The notes below the pieces were generated by a model. The model was not told the DNA's origin. It did not search any database and saw only the letters and a list, made by a program, of their open reading frames with translations. From assembly GCA_028023455.1 (NCBI GenBank), contig JAQFVV010000011.1:1984001-2048000 (forward strand): a DNA stretch of 64,000 nt, in the 5' to 3' direction. The DNA is from Epiperipatus broadwayi (lineage: Eukaryota > Animalia > Onychophora). Of this stretch, positions 26,627-37,944 are shown in pieces. How positions within the stretch are numbered: position 1 is the first letter of the stretch; each line of letters begins with the position of its first letter. Position numbers and translations under genes: made by a program.

Positions 26627-26877
26627 AAAAATTTTGACAATTTATTAATAGCTTCATTACCTGTGCACAGAGCACATTTATATATTAATTTATTTAAGCG
26701 TTAATGAAGTAAAATCTTAACTATTAATAAGGTTAGTAGTTGTAGAATGATCATAGACATTCATTAAAAACAGTTTTTGTAAAAAAAATTAAATAACTAT
26801 ATAGTTAATTGCTTGGGAGGTCAAATGATTCTTGACAAACCTGTTTAGATGCAAATCCCACCTTTCTATATATATAT

Positions 26878-26985
26878 TTCCATATGTCACAGCATTGGCC
26901 GGGAGGCGAACCCGCAACAACCGTCTGCAACCAACTGCTTCCTTGAGAGGCAGCTGTGCTGACCTCTCAGCTAGCAACGCTTGAC
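26878..26985 (-). mobile_element. tRNA-derived SINE, copy 4
   Basis: Reverse complement aligns with copy 3 (A box, B box, CCAATGC end, tail). Confidence 0.85.
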
Positions 26986-27364
26986 TTAACTAGGCTATTC
27001 CTCTATAATTGGAACATTTTATTTTTACTATTAAATTATTTTTTTATATCATATATTGATAATCTTAACATTATTTATTGAAAATGTAAGGTTTCAAATC
27101 ATAGATATTCGAAAAGTTTATATTTAATGTTTTCAAAATATGAACATACATTTCTAAATGAAGTTCTTATCTTTATCAATGGTGCTTTCCATTGGTGGCT
27201 ATGATTTGTCTATTCCAAAAATTAATAGAATGAAATATTAGGTATTTGAAATCTATGTTATTAAAAGAAAGATAAATTTAGGATTAATTATCATCAAAAA
27301 AAAAAATCTTAAAAGCAAACATATTATTTATTGTTATTCATATTTTAAAATAAAATTTCTTTAT

Positions 27365-27728
27365 TGTATTTTTATATTGGACTATTTCTATCATCTAATA
27401 TGTGTGTTGAATGTCTTTAGAAAAGTTTAATTTTATTTAAATATTTCAAATACATTCAACTGTTAGTTAATATCACAGCAAACAGGTTAGAATATGCCCC
27501 AATTTTTAGTAATACCACAGCAAACTGGTTAGTAATAGTTGGTGCATATATGAACCTGTTTGCTGCAATGCTGCAATATTACTAACAGTTGGTGCATATA
27601 TTACTAACCTGTTTACTGTGATATTACTAACAGTTGAATGTATTTGGAATATTTAAATAAAATTAAACTTTTCTAAAGACATTCAACACACATATTAGAT
27701 GATGGAAATAGTCTAATATAAAAATACA
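27365..27728. mobile_element. Foldback MITE-like element with arms of about 130 bp and internal subrepeats
   Basis: TGTATTTTTATATTGGACT...CAGGTTAG versus CTAACCTG...AGTCTAATATAAAAATACA. Repeated TTACTAAC/CAGCAAAC motifs inside. Confidence 0.75.
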
Positions 27729-28818
27729 GCTAGAACCCCATCATCGCAAACCTTCAGGAAAACAATAATTTCTTTACCATTTTGACAAAATGTAATTGTA
27801 GTTTATCCAGTAGAAACTACCTCTGCTTTGCCATAATAATCTTTTTAGGAGTTGTCATTTTAAGAATAAATGTTTTCCAAAGAAGATCTCCTTGTAGTGA
27901 TATAATTTTTCACTTTAAAATGTCTTTTATAATAATATTGCTTTAATTTGTAAACAAATTACTGAAATTTAGAAATCTTCCTTTTATTGAGGGATTTTTC
28001 TTTTATTTGGTTTCAGGCTAAAGCACTCTGCCAATCAGAAATTCTCATTTCTATTGACATCGAGGGCCACCTCCCTGATGGCATTATCATGTATATTGGC
28101 TATTGTCATTGTGTAAAAGTTCCGTATAATGCTGGCATCTTCAGACTTTTTAATTAATAATTTTAAAATTGTAACTGTGGTAAAATAAAACTGCACATCA
28201 TAATGTAAGGTTATAGATAGGCTTAAAACAATGTTAAGTGGATTAGAAATTGCACCATCATATAACAGGCAAAACAGCAAAAACTGCATGAGGGTTTCCA
28301 CAACTGAGGCAAATGAGGATAAAAGGGGTAAGTACAGCAGTTTATATTCACTCAACCAAGATTTTTTTTTTACTTTCCACAACAACAAAAAATCCTGGAA
28401 ACTAATTATTGGATTTGTTACCTTCATTATTATGCTAATTTTCTAAACTAACACGGATAAAGTCATATTTCCATAATGTTTTTTTAAAGCTTGGATTTGC
28501 AAATATTAACAGAATTGAAAATAAATTTTAATAAATCATTTCAGTCATTAAAAATTAATAAATAAGTGGACATAAGAGATATTATTATGATTACAGATTT
28601 AAAATATTTTCTTTTATAAAAATTTAAATGAGATATACTCCCCCTCCCCATCTTTTTCGTTGCCATTATTACAGTGGAGCTGTAACATTCGCTGTCTCAG
28701 TATATGCTGTATCAATTATATAATAAGTCTATTATTTATGGATAAGGCAGTTAATTTGTTCATCTTAAAATGTCCTCAGTAAGTATCATATTCTTAAATC
28801 ACACTTTACATGAACACA

Positions 28819-28912
28819 TTTTTTTTCTCATATGTCATAGCATCGACCGGGACCCCCACCCAACTACTTGCTTGCAAGGTGAGTGTGATAACCTCTCAGC
28901 TAACAATGCTTT
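28819..28912 (-). mobile_element. tRNA-derived SINE, copy 5 (internally deleted)
   Basis: Shares the tail CTATGACATATGAG, the CGATGC end and the TAGCTGAGAGG A box with copies 1-4. Confidence 0.75.
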
Positions 28913-29329
28913 TATTCACAATCTATATAAATTTGAAGCATATACATTTTTTATATGCTCCCCCCTTCTAAAAACAAAATTTGATATAATATAGTATTTC
29001 ATTTAATAAAATATTTTCTAAGCATAAAACTAATATCTTTACAAAACATAAAAAAATTTGTGAAATACTTTGTTTAAGCAATGATATGAAAGTTATCAAT
29101 TTAGTAATTAAAAAAAATCATGTTCTGAAATGAGCTTTATGGACAAAACAAATCTATATAAATAATATTAATAATAATAAAAAAGAAAGGTAGTTTTCAG
29201 TTATGTGTACCGTGACGGCCAGGTGATGCTGCAGAACCACCAAGAAGCCTGCAAGTGATAAATTTCTATGTAAAGAGGCAATGAATTTATGGATAGATGA
29301 CATACATTAGAAAAACCTTCATGTAGACA

Positions 29330-29860
29330 ATCTTCTATTAAGTCTGCATGAAAAGTTTAGCCATGGGTCTGATAAAAATAGTTTCAAATCATTTCCTGCA
29401 AGTAAGTGGTGGCTATATAGATTTAAGTCAACATAAACTTACAAATATAAAAAATAACTAGAAGCTGCAATTGTCGATGATGAAGTTTTTACTACATCTT
29501 CAACAGAATTTAAAAAAATTATTGAAAAAAAAAATCAAAACAAAAGCTAACGGGAGATGGATTTATTGGTATGACTGATGAAGTTGAAAAACATTTTAAA
29601 AGCTATACAAAATGTCTAACAAATGAGGATTATGAGAGTGAAAAAAGAAATACGTTATCCAGATTACATCAATTTCCTAAAACAATATTTTTTTAAAAAG
29701 GTGTCATCACTACAAAATGCTAAACCTCCATCAACTTCATCTGGTTTGAACATCCTGGGATCATCAGAGACAAAGGTGTACCATATCTGTATTATTGAGT
29801 GCTCCAAATCATTCAAAATTGATGACTTCTGATACAATAATATTTACAGATCAATAATCT
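29330..29860 (+). mobile_element. Decayed Tigger/pogo (CENP-B-like) transposase fragment
   Basis: FPASKWWLYRFK matches the FxASxGWLxRFK motif, followed by a frameshifted EAAIVDDE-like segment and LTNED-like text. Confidence 0.55.
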
Positions 29861-30321
29861 AATATCCCAAAGCGTATAAAAAAGGCAATACAGTTAAAAT
29901 TTTATTGTCATTTAAAATGTGAGTGAAAGAACAAATATATCTATTGAATATATATATATATATGTAAAGTCCATTTTCAAAACTTGTCATTCATAATGGC
30001 ATTCTTTTTTTTAATTTGGTTTATTCTGTAATCATAATCTATATGCATATACAATGCTATAAAATATTTGTGTTGTATATATATTGAAAAATGTTGTGCA
30101 TCTATTTAATATTACTGTAAGCAGTGCATACAATATTGTAAATAAAGCATTGTAAACAAAATGTGTCCTATAACCCACTCATTCACATCATCCATTAAAG
30201 GTTCTTAGAACAAAATATGAGAACTCCAGTCAATTACATTGATCTTCCATTATTTTTTATTTTATTTCTTAATATATCTTTCAAAATATATTTAGTAAAA
30301 TTTCAATCCTACAACTTTTTC

Positions 30322-30337
30322 ATCATCATCATCATCA

Positions 30338-30369
<32 letters not shown>
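30322..30369. repeat. (CAT)n(TAT)n microsatellite
   Basis: Read directly from the sequence. Confidence 0.95.
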
Positions 30370-30389
30370 TATTTTTAGTTAGCTATTTT

Positions 30390-32482
30390 GCCGCACACTC
30401 ACTCATGCTTGAATCATATATAGAGACAAAAATTACTAAGAAAAACAATATTTACAGTTGATATTCCTAATCTTCAGAAACATTCTAATGAATTTAAATT
30501 AGAACTTATAAATCAGTTTCAAGTATTGGTAGATTTGGAACATGATTCAGATTTGAATGACATTAACAGGAAAATAACTGATACACTTTTAAAAACTGCA
30601 ACAAAGATAGCTGGTAGAAAAAAGCAGCAATTGACCAATAAAAGTTCTACTGAGACTAGAGAATTTATGATGAAAAGAATGAATATGAGGATATACAACA
30701 ATGATGCATTAAAAAAGATTGAATATCTCGAATTTTGTAAAATGGTGCAGAAAAAAGTTGAAAATGATATAAGAAAGTATAATTGTGAACTAGCAAGGAA
30801 AGCTGTAGAAGAGAATAAAAGTCTAAAGAGTGTAAAACAACATTTTGGTATTGGTAGGAAATTTATATCTGCAATAAGAAAAAAAGATGGCATTATTACT
30901 AAAAAGAGAGATGACATCGTGAAATGTGTAGAAGACTTCTATCAAAAATTATATAGTAATTAAGATTATATCTTCCGAATTGCCCAGAATTTTGAATGAG
31001 GAAGTGAGACATGCAATTAAATTTATGAAGAAAGGGAAGGCTCCAGGTAATGATGGAATTATAACTGATATATTAAAAGAAGCAGGTGAAGAAATAGAAT
31101 TTTTTTTAGCAAAGTTATATACCAAATGTCTAAATGATGAAGATGTACCAGATGATTGGAAGAATGCAGTATTAATATTAATATTTAAAAAAGGTGATAA
31201 AGAAGATATTAGAAATTACAGACCTATCAGTCTTTTATCAGTTTTGTACAAAATTTTTACTAAAATAATTACAACTCGTCTACAGAAAATACTGGATTTC
31301 CACCAAGAGAACAAGCTGGATTTAAAAGTGGTTTTAGTACAGTAGATCATATTCAGGTATTGAGAGAAGTTATAGAAAAGACAAATGAATATGAGTTGCC
31401 ATTATGATTAGGATTTGTTGATTATGAAAAGGCATTTGATTCTATAAACATTTCTTCAGTGATTTATTGGATCATCAAGATGTAGATCCAGGATATTGTC
31501 ATATTTTAAAGAATATTTATAAAAATGCAACAGCAACAATTAAATTACATGATGATAGTAAGAAAATCAACATTGAAAAGGGTGTAAAACAGGGTGACTC
31601 CCTATCTCCAAAACTTTTTACAGCAGTGCTGCAAGAAGTATTTTGTGGATTAAAATGGAAAGTTAAAGGAGTGAAAGTAAATGGAGATTATTTAAGTCAT
31701 TTAGATTTTGCAGATGATAGTAGTTGTTTTTGCAAATAATGCTTTAGATTTGCAGGAAATGTTGCAGGAGTTATCAGATGAAAGTAGGAAAGTAGGACTA
31801 AAGATAAATGTTAAAAAGACTAAAGTAATGTTTAATAGATTTTCTCAAAATATGAAAATAAAGATTGATTATGATGAGTTAGATGAAGTTAACAGTTACA
31901 AATACCTTGGTCAGATTATTAATACAGATAGAAATATAATGGATGAAATTAATCATAGAATTAACCTTGGTTGAAGTGCTTTTGGTAGAAATAACTTGAT
32001 ACTAAAAGGAAATATGCCTATGTATTTGAAAAGGAAGGTTTTTAATAAATGTGTTTTTCCAGTTCTTACTTATGGATCTGAGACTTGGACACTTAAGTGA
32101 AGAGCAATAGAGACTTCAGACCACTCAAAGAAGTATGGAGAGATGCATGTTGGGAGTAACAAGAGGAGATCAAAAATGCAATGTATGGGTAAGAGAACAA
32201 ACAGGTGTTACTGACCTCGTTGAAAAAATTAAAAGACTGAAGTGGAGTTGGGCTGGCCATATTGCTAGAAGAGATGATAATAGATAGACAATTGAAATTT
32301 TAAACTGGATTCCAAGAGATTGTAAAAGACCCAGAAAGAGACCACATGTGAGATGGATGGATGAAATAAGAAAGTGTGCAGGGGTGATGTGGAGAAGAGA
32401 AGCTAAAGATAGAAAAAGATGGATTGAACTTGGAGAGACCTTTATCCTGCAGTGGATTGATAATGGTTGTTGATGATGATGA
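30390..32482 (+). mobile_element. 5'-truncated RTE-clade LINE; RT ORF disrupted; (GAT)n tail
   Basis: KAPGNDG, KKGDKEDIRNYRPISLLSVLYKIF, DYEKAFDSI, KQGDSLSPKLF, HLDFADD, YGSETWT and KWSWAGH motifs across frameshifts and stops. Ends in GATGATGATGA. Confidence 0.95.
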
Positions 32483-33699
32483 AACTTGCCTTGCCGTTTA
32501 TTTCTTCAATTATTCTTATCTTAAAATCTAAACATTTATTATTAAATATTAATACAAATCTTTACTTTTAAACAAAATAAAAAGGTTACATACAATTCAA
32601 AATCTTTACTTAGTTATTAAATATCAATTTCAAGAGTTAAATGTCAAAAATTATTTTTTCAGAGCATATTGAAACAGTAAGATTCGTATTCGAATCTTAA
32701 GTTTCACCTTTTTCTGTCGTCTCTCACTGACTGGTCTATCCCGCCCAAATTTAAACTTTTTGATATCGAATTGTGTGTGTAACAATATTAAAAATGTATA
32801 AATATATGTAGAATTCAGCATAAACATGCACACATTTCGATCTCAAATTAAAGGCAATAAATAGGGATAAAATAATATTTAGATTTTTTTAGTTATATAA
32901 TTTTGTATAATTTTAATCATTTATTTTGGATTATAAAGTTCGTATTTATTGCTTTGTTTAAATTTCGTTTAATAATAATTCTAAAAAAATCTGATGTAAT
33001 ATTTAATTAAAAGTTAAAATAATCTTATGTTCCCTTTTTGTCTTTGAAATTGAAAAGCATCGGTCAGTGATAGATAATAGATTAATTAAAGAAAAATTCC
33101 CCAAAATATAATTAGTAAATGTAAAATGTAAACAATAGAACGGCAGCTTTCTTTAATTAAAAAAACCAACAAAATGCATTGATTATCCTCAGGGCAGATT
33201 AAGTAGAACCTAAAAATACCTTAACAAAAATGTGAAGGATCAAAATAAAAAAAGAGGCCATCTTAGACTTGCTGGAGACATTCACTTAAACTTTAGCTTT
33301 GCTCTGGATCACTGAGAGTCTCCAAAATAATAAAATAATTTGTTCCTGCCAAGGTATGACCGAGTAAAGCACCTAGATTATTCTCCATCAGGAGATGGCC
33401 TATCGGATGCTGAACTTTCCATTGCCTGTCATAAATTCACCATGAAGATCTGCTGCCTGAAATAAATGAAAAAGCTGCTGCTGCTGTGAAATTAAATGAA
33501 ATATCTAAATACAAGAAAGACTTGCCACTCGTGAACTTTTTGCTGCTAAACTAATGGAATCAGAAAACTTCTTATAAAACAGGTACCTGTCTGTGTTCAA
33601 ACTCTAGAGTACTCTAATAATATGCTATAGCTCTTCTTCATACTACTTATCTAAATTATAAAATGTAAAAACTACCATTTGTATAACTAAATTGAATAA

Positions 33700-35240
33700 T
33701 TAATGTAATGTGTAAATGTATCTAATAATCTAGCTTACCTCACTCTATCTTTCTTGGGTGCGTATTTCTATAATCTACATTTCTATCTATAGTTATTATG
33801 TAATTATTACATGCTCATAATTATTTCAATTTTCAAAGTTTAAATCTAGGATCGCTTAAAACAATGAATGCGTGTCAAATTTTCATTAATATTTACTTTC
33901 TTTAATAACTTAACTTTCATATAAATCGACACACATTCAATGCTTCATTTATTGTAATGCAGGGTCTACAACTTCGCAAATGGCTGACGTATTAGTTATA
34001 ATAATTCCCAATTTATATATGTTTGGTATTTATTAAATCATCATGAATAATTCCATAGAATTACATTTCTTTGAGAGTCACCAACGTTCTTTAGTAAATG
34101 TTGATAATGTCAGGCCGAATTAGAAATCCATTTAAATCTTATCATAATCATTTATACTTATACATGTGTTACATTTTAAAGACGTGATGATCTATTCCGC
34201 TGTAAATATTCCGGATTCTTCAGGGTTGAAATTAACCCCTGTCGTCCTACACAAGCGGACATAATAAATGCTCCCGTAGGATTTGACCTGTCATGCAGCC
34301 AGCCGGCAAATGCGACACGACGCTTGTCCCTGGTTATGCTTATGTGACACCTTACTTCGTCGGGCCGTGGCGAGCCAGCCCGACATCTTATAAACCCATT
34401 CATGGCCTTGCAGTTTCGATATACTGCCATTCCATATCGCCTTTCTAAATGTACCACGTGTTCCTTTACTTAGTTTTATTATTCTATATGTCACTCCGCC
34501 CTGCTTATCTTCGTAATTCACTCTCAAATAAATGTTTGCCCTTAGTCATAAAATAATAGTTTGATTAAATAAATATATGCCGCCGCTACTCTTAAACTTA
34601 CTTAGACTCTTGCATTGCAAAGGTATAAATTCCCCAAGGCATGCATTAGAAATACTTATCGAGAATTTTAGGTAGCGATTAGCCTTCAATAAGTGAACTT
34701 TTGTAAACATTTCAGTATCGGAAATACCACTCTGAAATCCTCAATATAAAATAATGTCTAAATAAATAAATGTATTCTTTAAAATATAATCATGTCGCAA
34801 ATTCCACTAGAAGCTTTGAATCCCTAAATATTATTAATAAATGTTTTATTAAAATGTATTAATAAATAATTTTAAACTATATGTCTGCAGTTACGTTTCA
34901 TTTATTCGATACCCATTCTATATAATATTTCCTCGATTATGTAAATATGAATGTTTAATTAATATTAGTTTGATTATTGGCTAACTCGAGAATAAAATCA
35001 TGAATCTCTTGCATATCCCTGACCACCATGCCTAAGGAAATATTTACTAATGTCGCATCAGATGCGTTGTTTCGTGGATTGTATTGTGGAACCTACTATG
35101 TTCGAACTCAGTACCATGGGTGGCTTCGCTACCGATGGTACTGAGTCTGTAGGTGGTCGATCTGCACTATGTTTACGAGTCACACGTTTTCTGACCGTTA
35201 CAATATAAAAACAATAAGACTTCATTAAAGTATTAGAAAT
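33700..35240. promoter_or_regulatory. CpG-retaining island, candidate promoter or first-exon region
   Basis: Many CpGs against a CpG-depleted background, GC box GGGCGG (minus strand, about 34496-34501), minus-strand donor GAA|gtaagg at 34356, and Kozak-like GACCACCATG at 35021-35030. Confidence 0.4.
35065..35190 (+). ncRNA. Candidate structured RNA: long rod-like hairpin followed by TTTT
   Basis: 12-bp stem 35106-35117/35135-35146, 6-bp apical stem, ACCTAC/GTAGGT helix and further basal pairing. No known family recognised. Confidence 0.3.
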
Positions 35241-37944
35241 CACAAACTTTAATTATAATTTTTTTCCATATATTAAAATATGTTAATACTGCTATTAAAG
35301 TCTTTTTCTTAGTAACATTAAATGTGAATAAAACACCAATTTGAAAACTAAATATTCAAACACTTTCTGGCTCAACCGTCATGGCATAGCAAAAATATGC
35401 ACAAGAAACAATTTCCACATTGTACTTATTCATGTAAAAAAAACGAATTAATAAAAAATCAAGTTAAAGTGTATTTATGCATATGCAATGTGGATAACTA
35501 TGTGTATTTATGCATATATGACTCATTATCATGGGTCATATATACAACTTGATAAATCTAAGTATTTAAACTAAAAAAATGTTAGAAATATTTTTTAATA
35601 ATAATTCAGCTGATTTACATCTTAAAAAATAATTTTTAAAATTTTAACTATGTAAAACTAAAAGAAATTAATTAAAGAAAAAAAAAAACATAGAGATAAT
35701 AAATTTAACTTTTGATAAAAAAAAATTTTTTTTTTTTTTCCTAACAGAAAAGAATTAATTAGAAAAATAAAAATATAAAGAAATTAATTAGGTTTTTTTT
35801 TTTTGCTTAAAATAGAAAGATGTTTAAATAAAAATTTTGGTTTAATTAAGGATAAACTAAAGGATTAGAAAAATAAATGATAGATTAATGAGTATCCATT
35901 TTGAAATATACTTTTCCTTGCTCTTTTATTGAAAAGAAGTATATCTTATCTAATATATGAGATTAAAGTAAACCTTTTGTACTATGATTTGAAAATAGAA
36001 TTAATTATTTTCAAAAATTTTAATTTAATTTAATGGTATTAAAATTCTATTTTTTTTTAATTATTATGATTACTATTGAAATTTTGACTGTTGCTAGGCA
36101 ACTACAAGAAAAAAATTTCTATTGACCTCCAAATTAACTGTTCGCAAATAGCTCATCAATTAGAAGCAGTGAAGATGGTTACCAGTTAATTGAATTCATA
36201 TATATTTACTATGGCTAAGTAGAGATTCTGAAATTGTTTGCTCCATATTTCTGAGATTTTGCCTAAGTGATACAGTGAAATGCCCAAAGAGTTTATAAGT
36301 GTTTAGTTAATACATATAATTTCTGGGTTTGGTTTGCCATCATTATAATCAAGTGTCTAAAATGCCTGATGAAAATCATCAGAGAAGAAACAATCTATGC
36401 ATAGAAAGAGTATGTACAAGAGAAGAAAAATAACATATATTAAACATTTATCTGATATTTTCCATTATTAAACAAGCTGTAAGAGTATGTAAAATCATAA
36501 TATAAAAAAACAAACTCAAGTTTCATCAATAATAAAGATCTCTTTAATATTAAACTGAATTTTCAAACCTCCTAATGCTGGAAAGAGGAAACTGCATAAA
36601 TGTTGAGCTCAACAAAATTTATTAAGATCATTTTAAGTGCTTCATTTTGAATAATTATTAACTTCGCTAATAATCAGCAAAACTGATTTCATTTTGCAAA
36701 GAAACTTCAATTTTAATCTTACATTTGATATGGTTAGTAATGTTAATCTACTTCTATTAATATATATATATAACATTGTTTTTATGTATTATATTTATTG
36801 TTCTCATATTATTAACCCTGCAGCCAGGAAGTCAACTGAGTTTAGGGAGACTAAAAGAATTTAAGTAAAATGGATTAAGCCATTATAGACTTCATTAATT
36901 TTTACCGATTCATTCTAAAAATATTTTTGTATTTATATATGGTTATATATATTTGTAAATACAAAGCATTAGAAAAAGTTAGTTTGTATTATTAAGTGTT
37001 GTTTGTAGTTATTAATAAATTAATTGTTATTGTTAAAAAAATCCTAATTTCTCATCCATCAGGCAAGTATTTGGTATGTTTAATATTTAGAATATGTTAT
37101 GATATAACTGATCTGATAGCCTGATTAAAACATATCTCTATTAGGCTAACATATATGTGGGGTAGACAATGATGAGCAAATGTGACTGGGTTCACTTCAA
37201 GACTAATGCTTGACTTAAGCATCAACTTGACCATCATCAATGGCTAGGATCGAATAGGATTAAATTTAAGATCCCACCTTGAGCATGGTCACCTTCTGAA
37301 TATTGAATGGATAAATAGTCATTCGCTAAAATCAGTATGGTATTATAAAATTTTCTAGTGGATATAATTCTGTTACAATATTGATTCTCAATTGTGTACA
37401 AAATAAGGTAAAAAGATTGCAATTTTATGCTAAATATTTATCCTCAAAATAAATATCAATATAAAAATAATGATTGTCAACTATTTAATAAATTACTTTT
37501 ACATTAACATGTACAATCAAAGGCGATATGTGGAATAACATAGAGCAATATGATAAAGAGCACAACATTCATTATCATATTTTTTAAGTATATATTAAAA
37601 AATTTATTCCTAATCAAATAAATATAAGTAATGAATTTAAATTTATTTTTTCTTTAATTTAAAACAATGCTCACTAACAAATTACATTTAAAAATTACAC
37701 TAATAAGTTACATTTAAATTACAACTATAAATTGTTTAATTTATTTTTTTTCTATAATTTGTCTTTTTACAGAAATATATATTAATAAATTATATTTAAT
37801 AAATAATACTCATGAATTATGTTTAATTATGTTCAATTTATTTTTTCTTAACTTTTTTTAGTATATTCTTATATATTAAAATTTCTTTAACATCCCCTCT
37901 TATACACTTTAAAGCAATATTTTTTTACAATTTTTTTTCTTTAT

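Larger units (their letters stand above)
26107..26722 (+). mobile_element. 5'-truncated Penelope-like element with inverted pseudo-LTRs
   Basis: Arms 26104-26308 and 26495-26688 are near-perfect reverse complements around a GIY-YIG C-terminal fragment. Candidate 13-bp TSD ATTAATAAGGTTA at 26094-26106 and 26723-26735. Confidence 0.9.

Noticed and set aside
16662-28427. Assignment of the minus-strand exons to an ABCA transporter
   Set aside because: The resemblance (LLWK motif, hydrophobic segments) is weak, the order is inconsistent, and no Walker or signature motif exon was found.
2113-28912. tRNA-like sequences as functional tRNA genes
   Set aside because: Non-canonical anticodon arms and B boxes, shared 3' tail, A runs and TSDs indicate SINEs.
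30519-30917. 132-aa minus-strand ORF
   Set aside because: It is the antisense shadow of the RTE LINE coding strand, with a hydrophobic bias explained by the A-rich sense strand.
34164-34171. GTGATGA C-box-like word
   Set aside because: No CTGA D box at a suitable distance and no terminal stem.
35021-35038. GACCACCA..TGCCTAAGGA resembles part of SRP (7SL) RNA
   Set aside because: The match is short, and the flanking SRP helices and Alu domain are absent.
37200-37250. Further CTGATGA-like words (about 37.2 kb minus, 50.5 kb minus, 55.8 kb minus, 57.2 kb plus)
   Set aside because: Each lacks an intact GAAA, stem II or stem III. They may be old remnants but cannot be supported as hammerheads.
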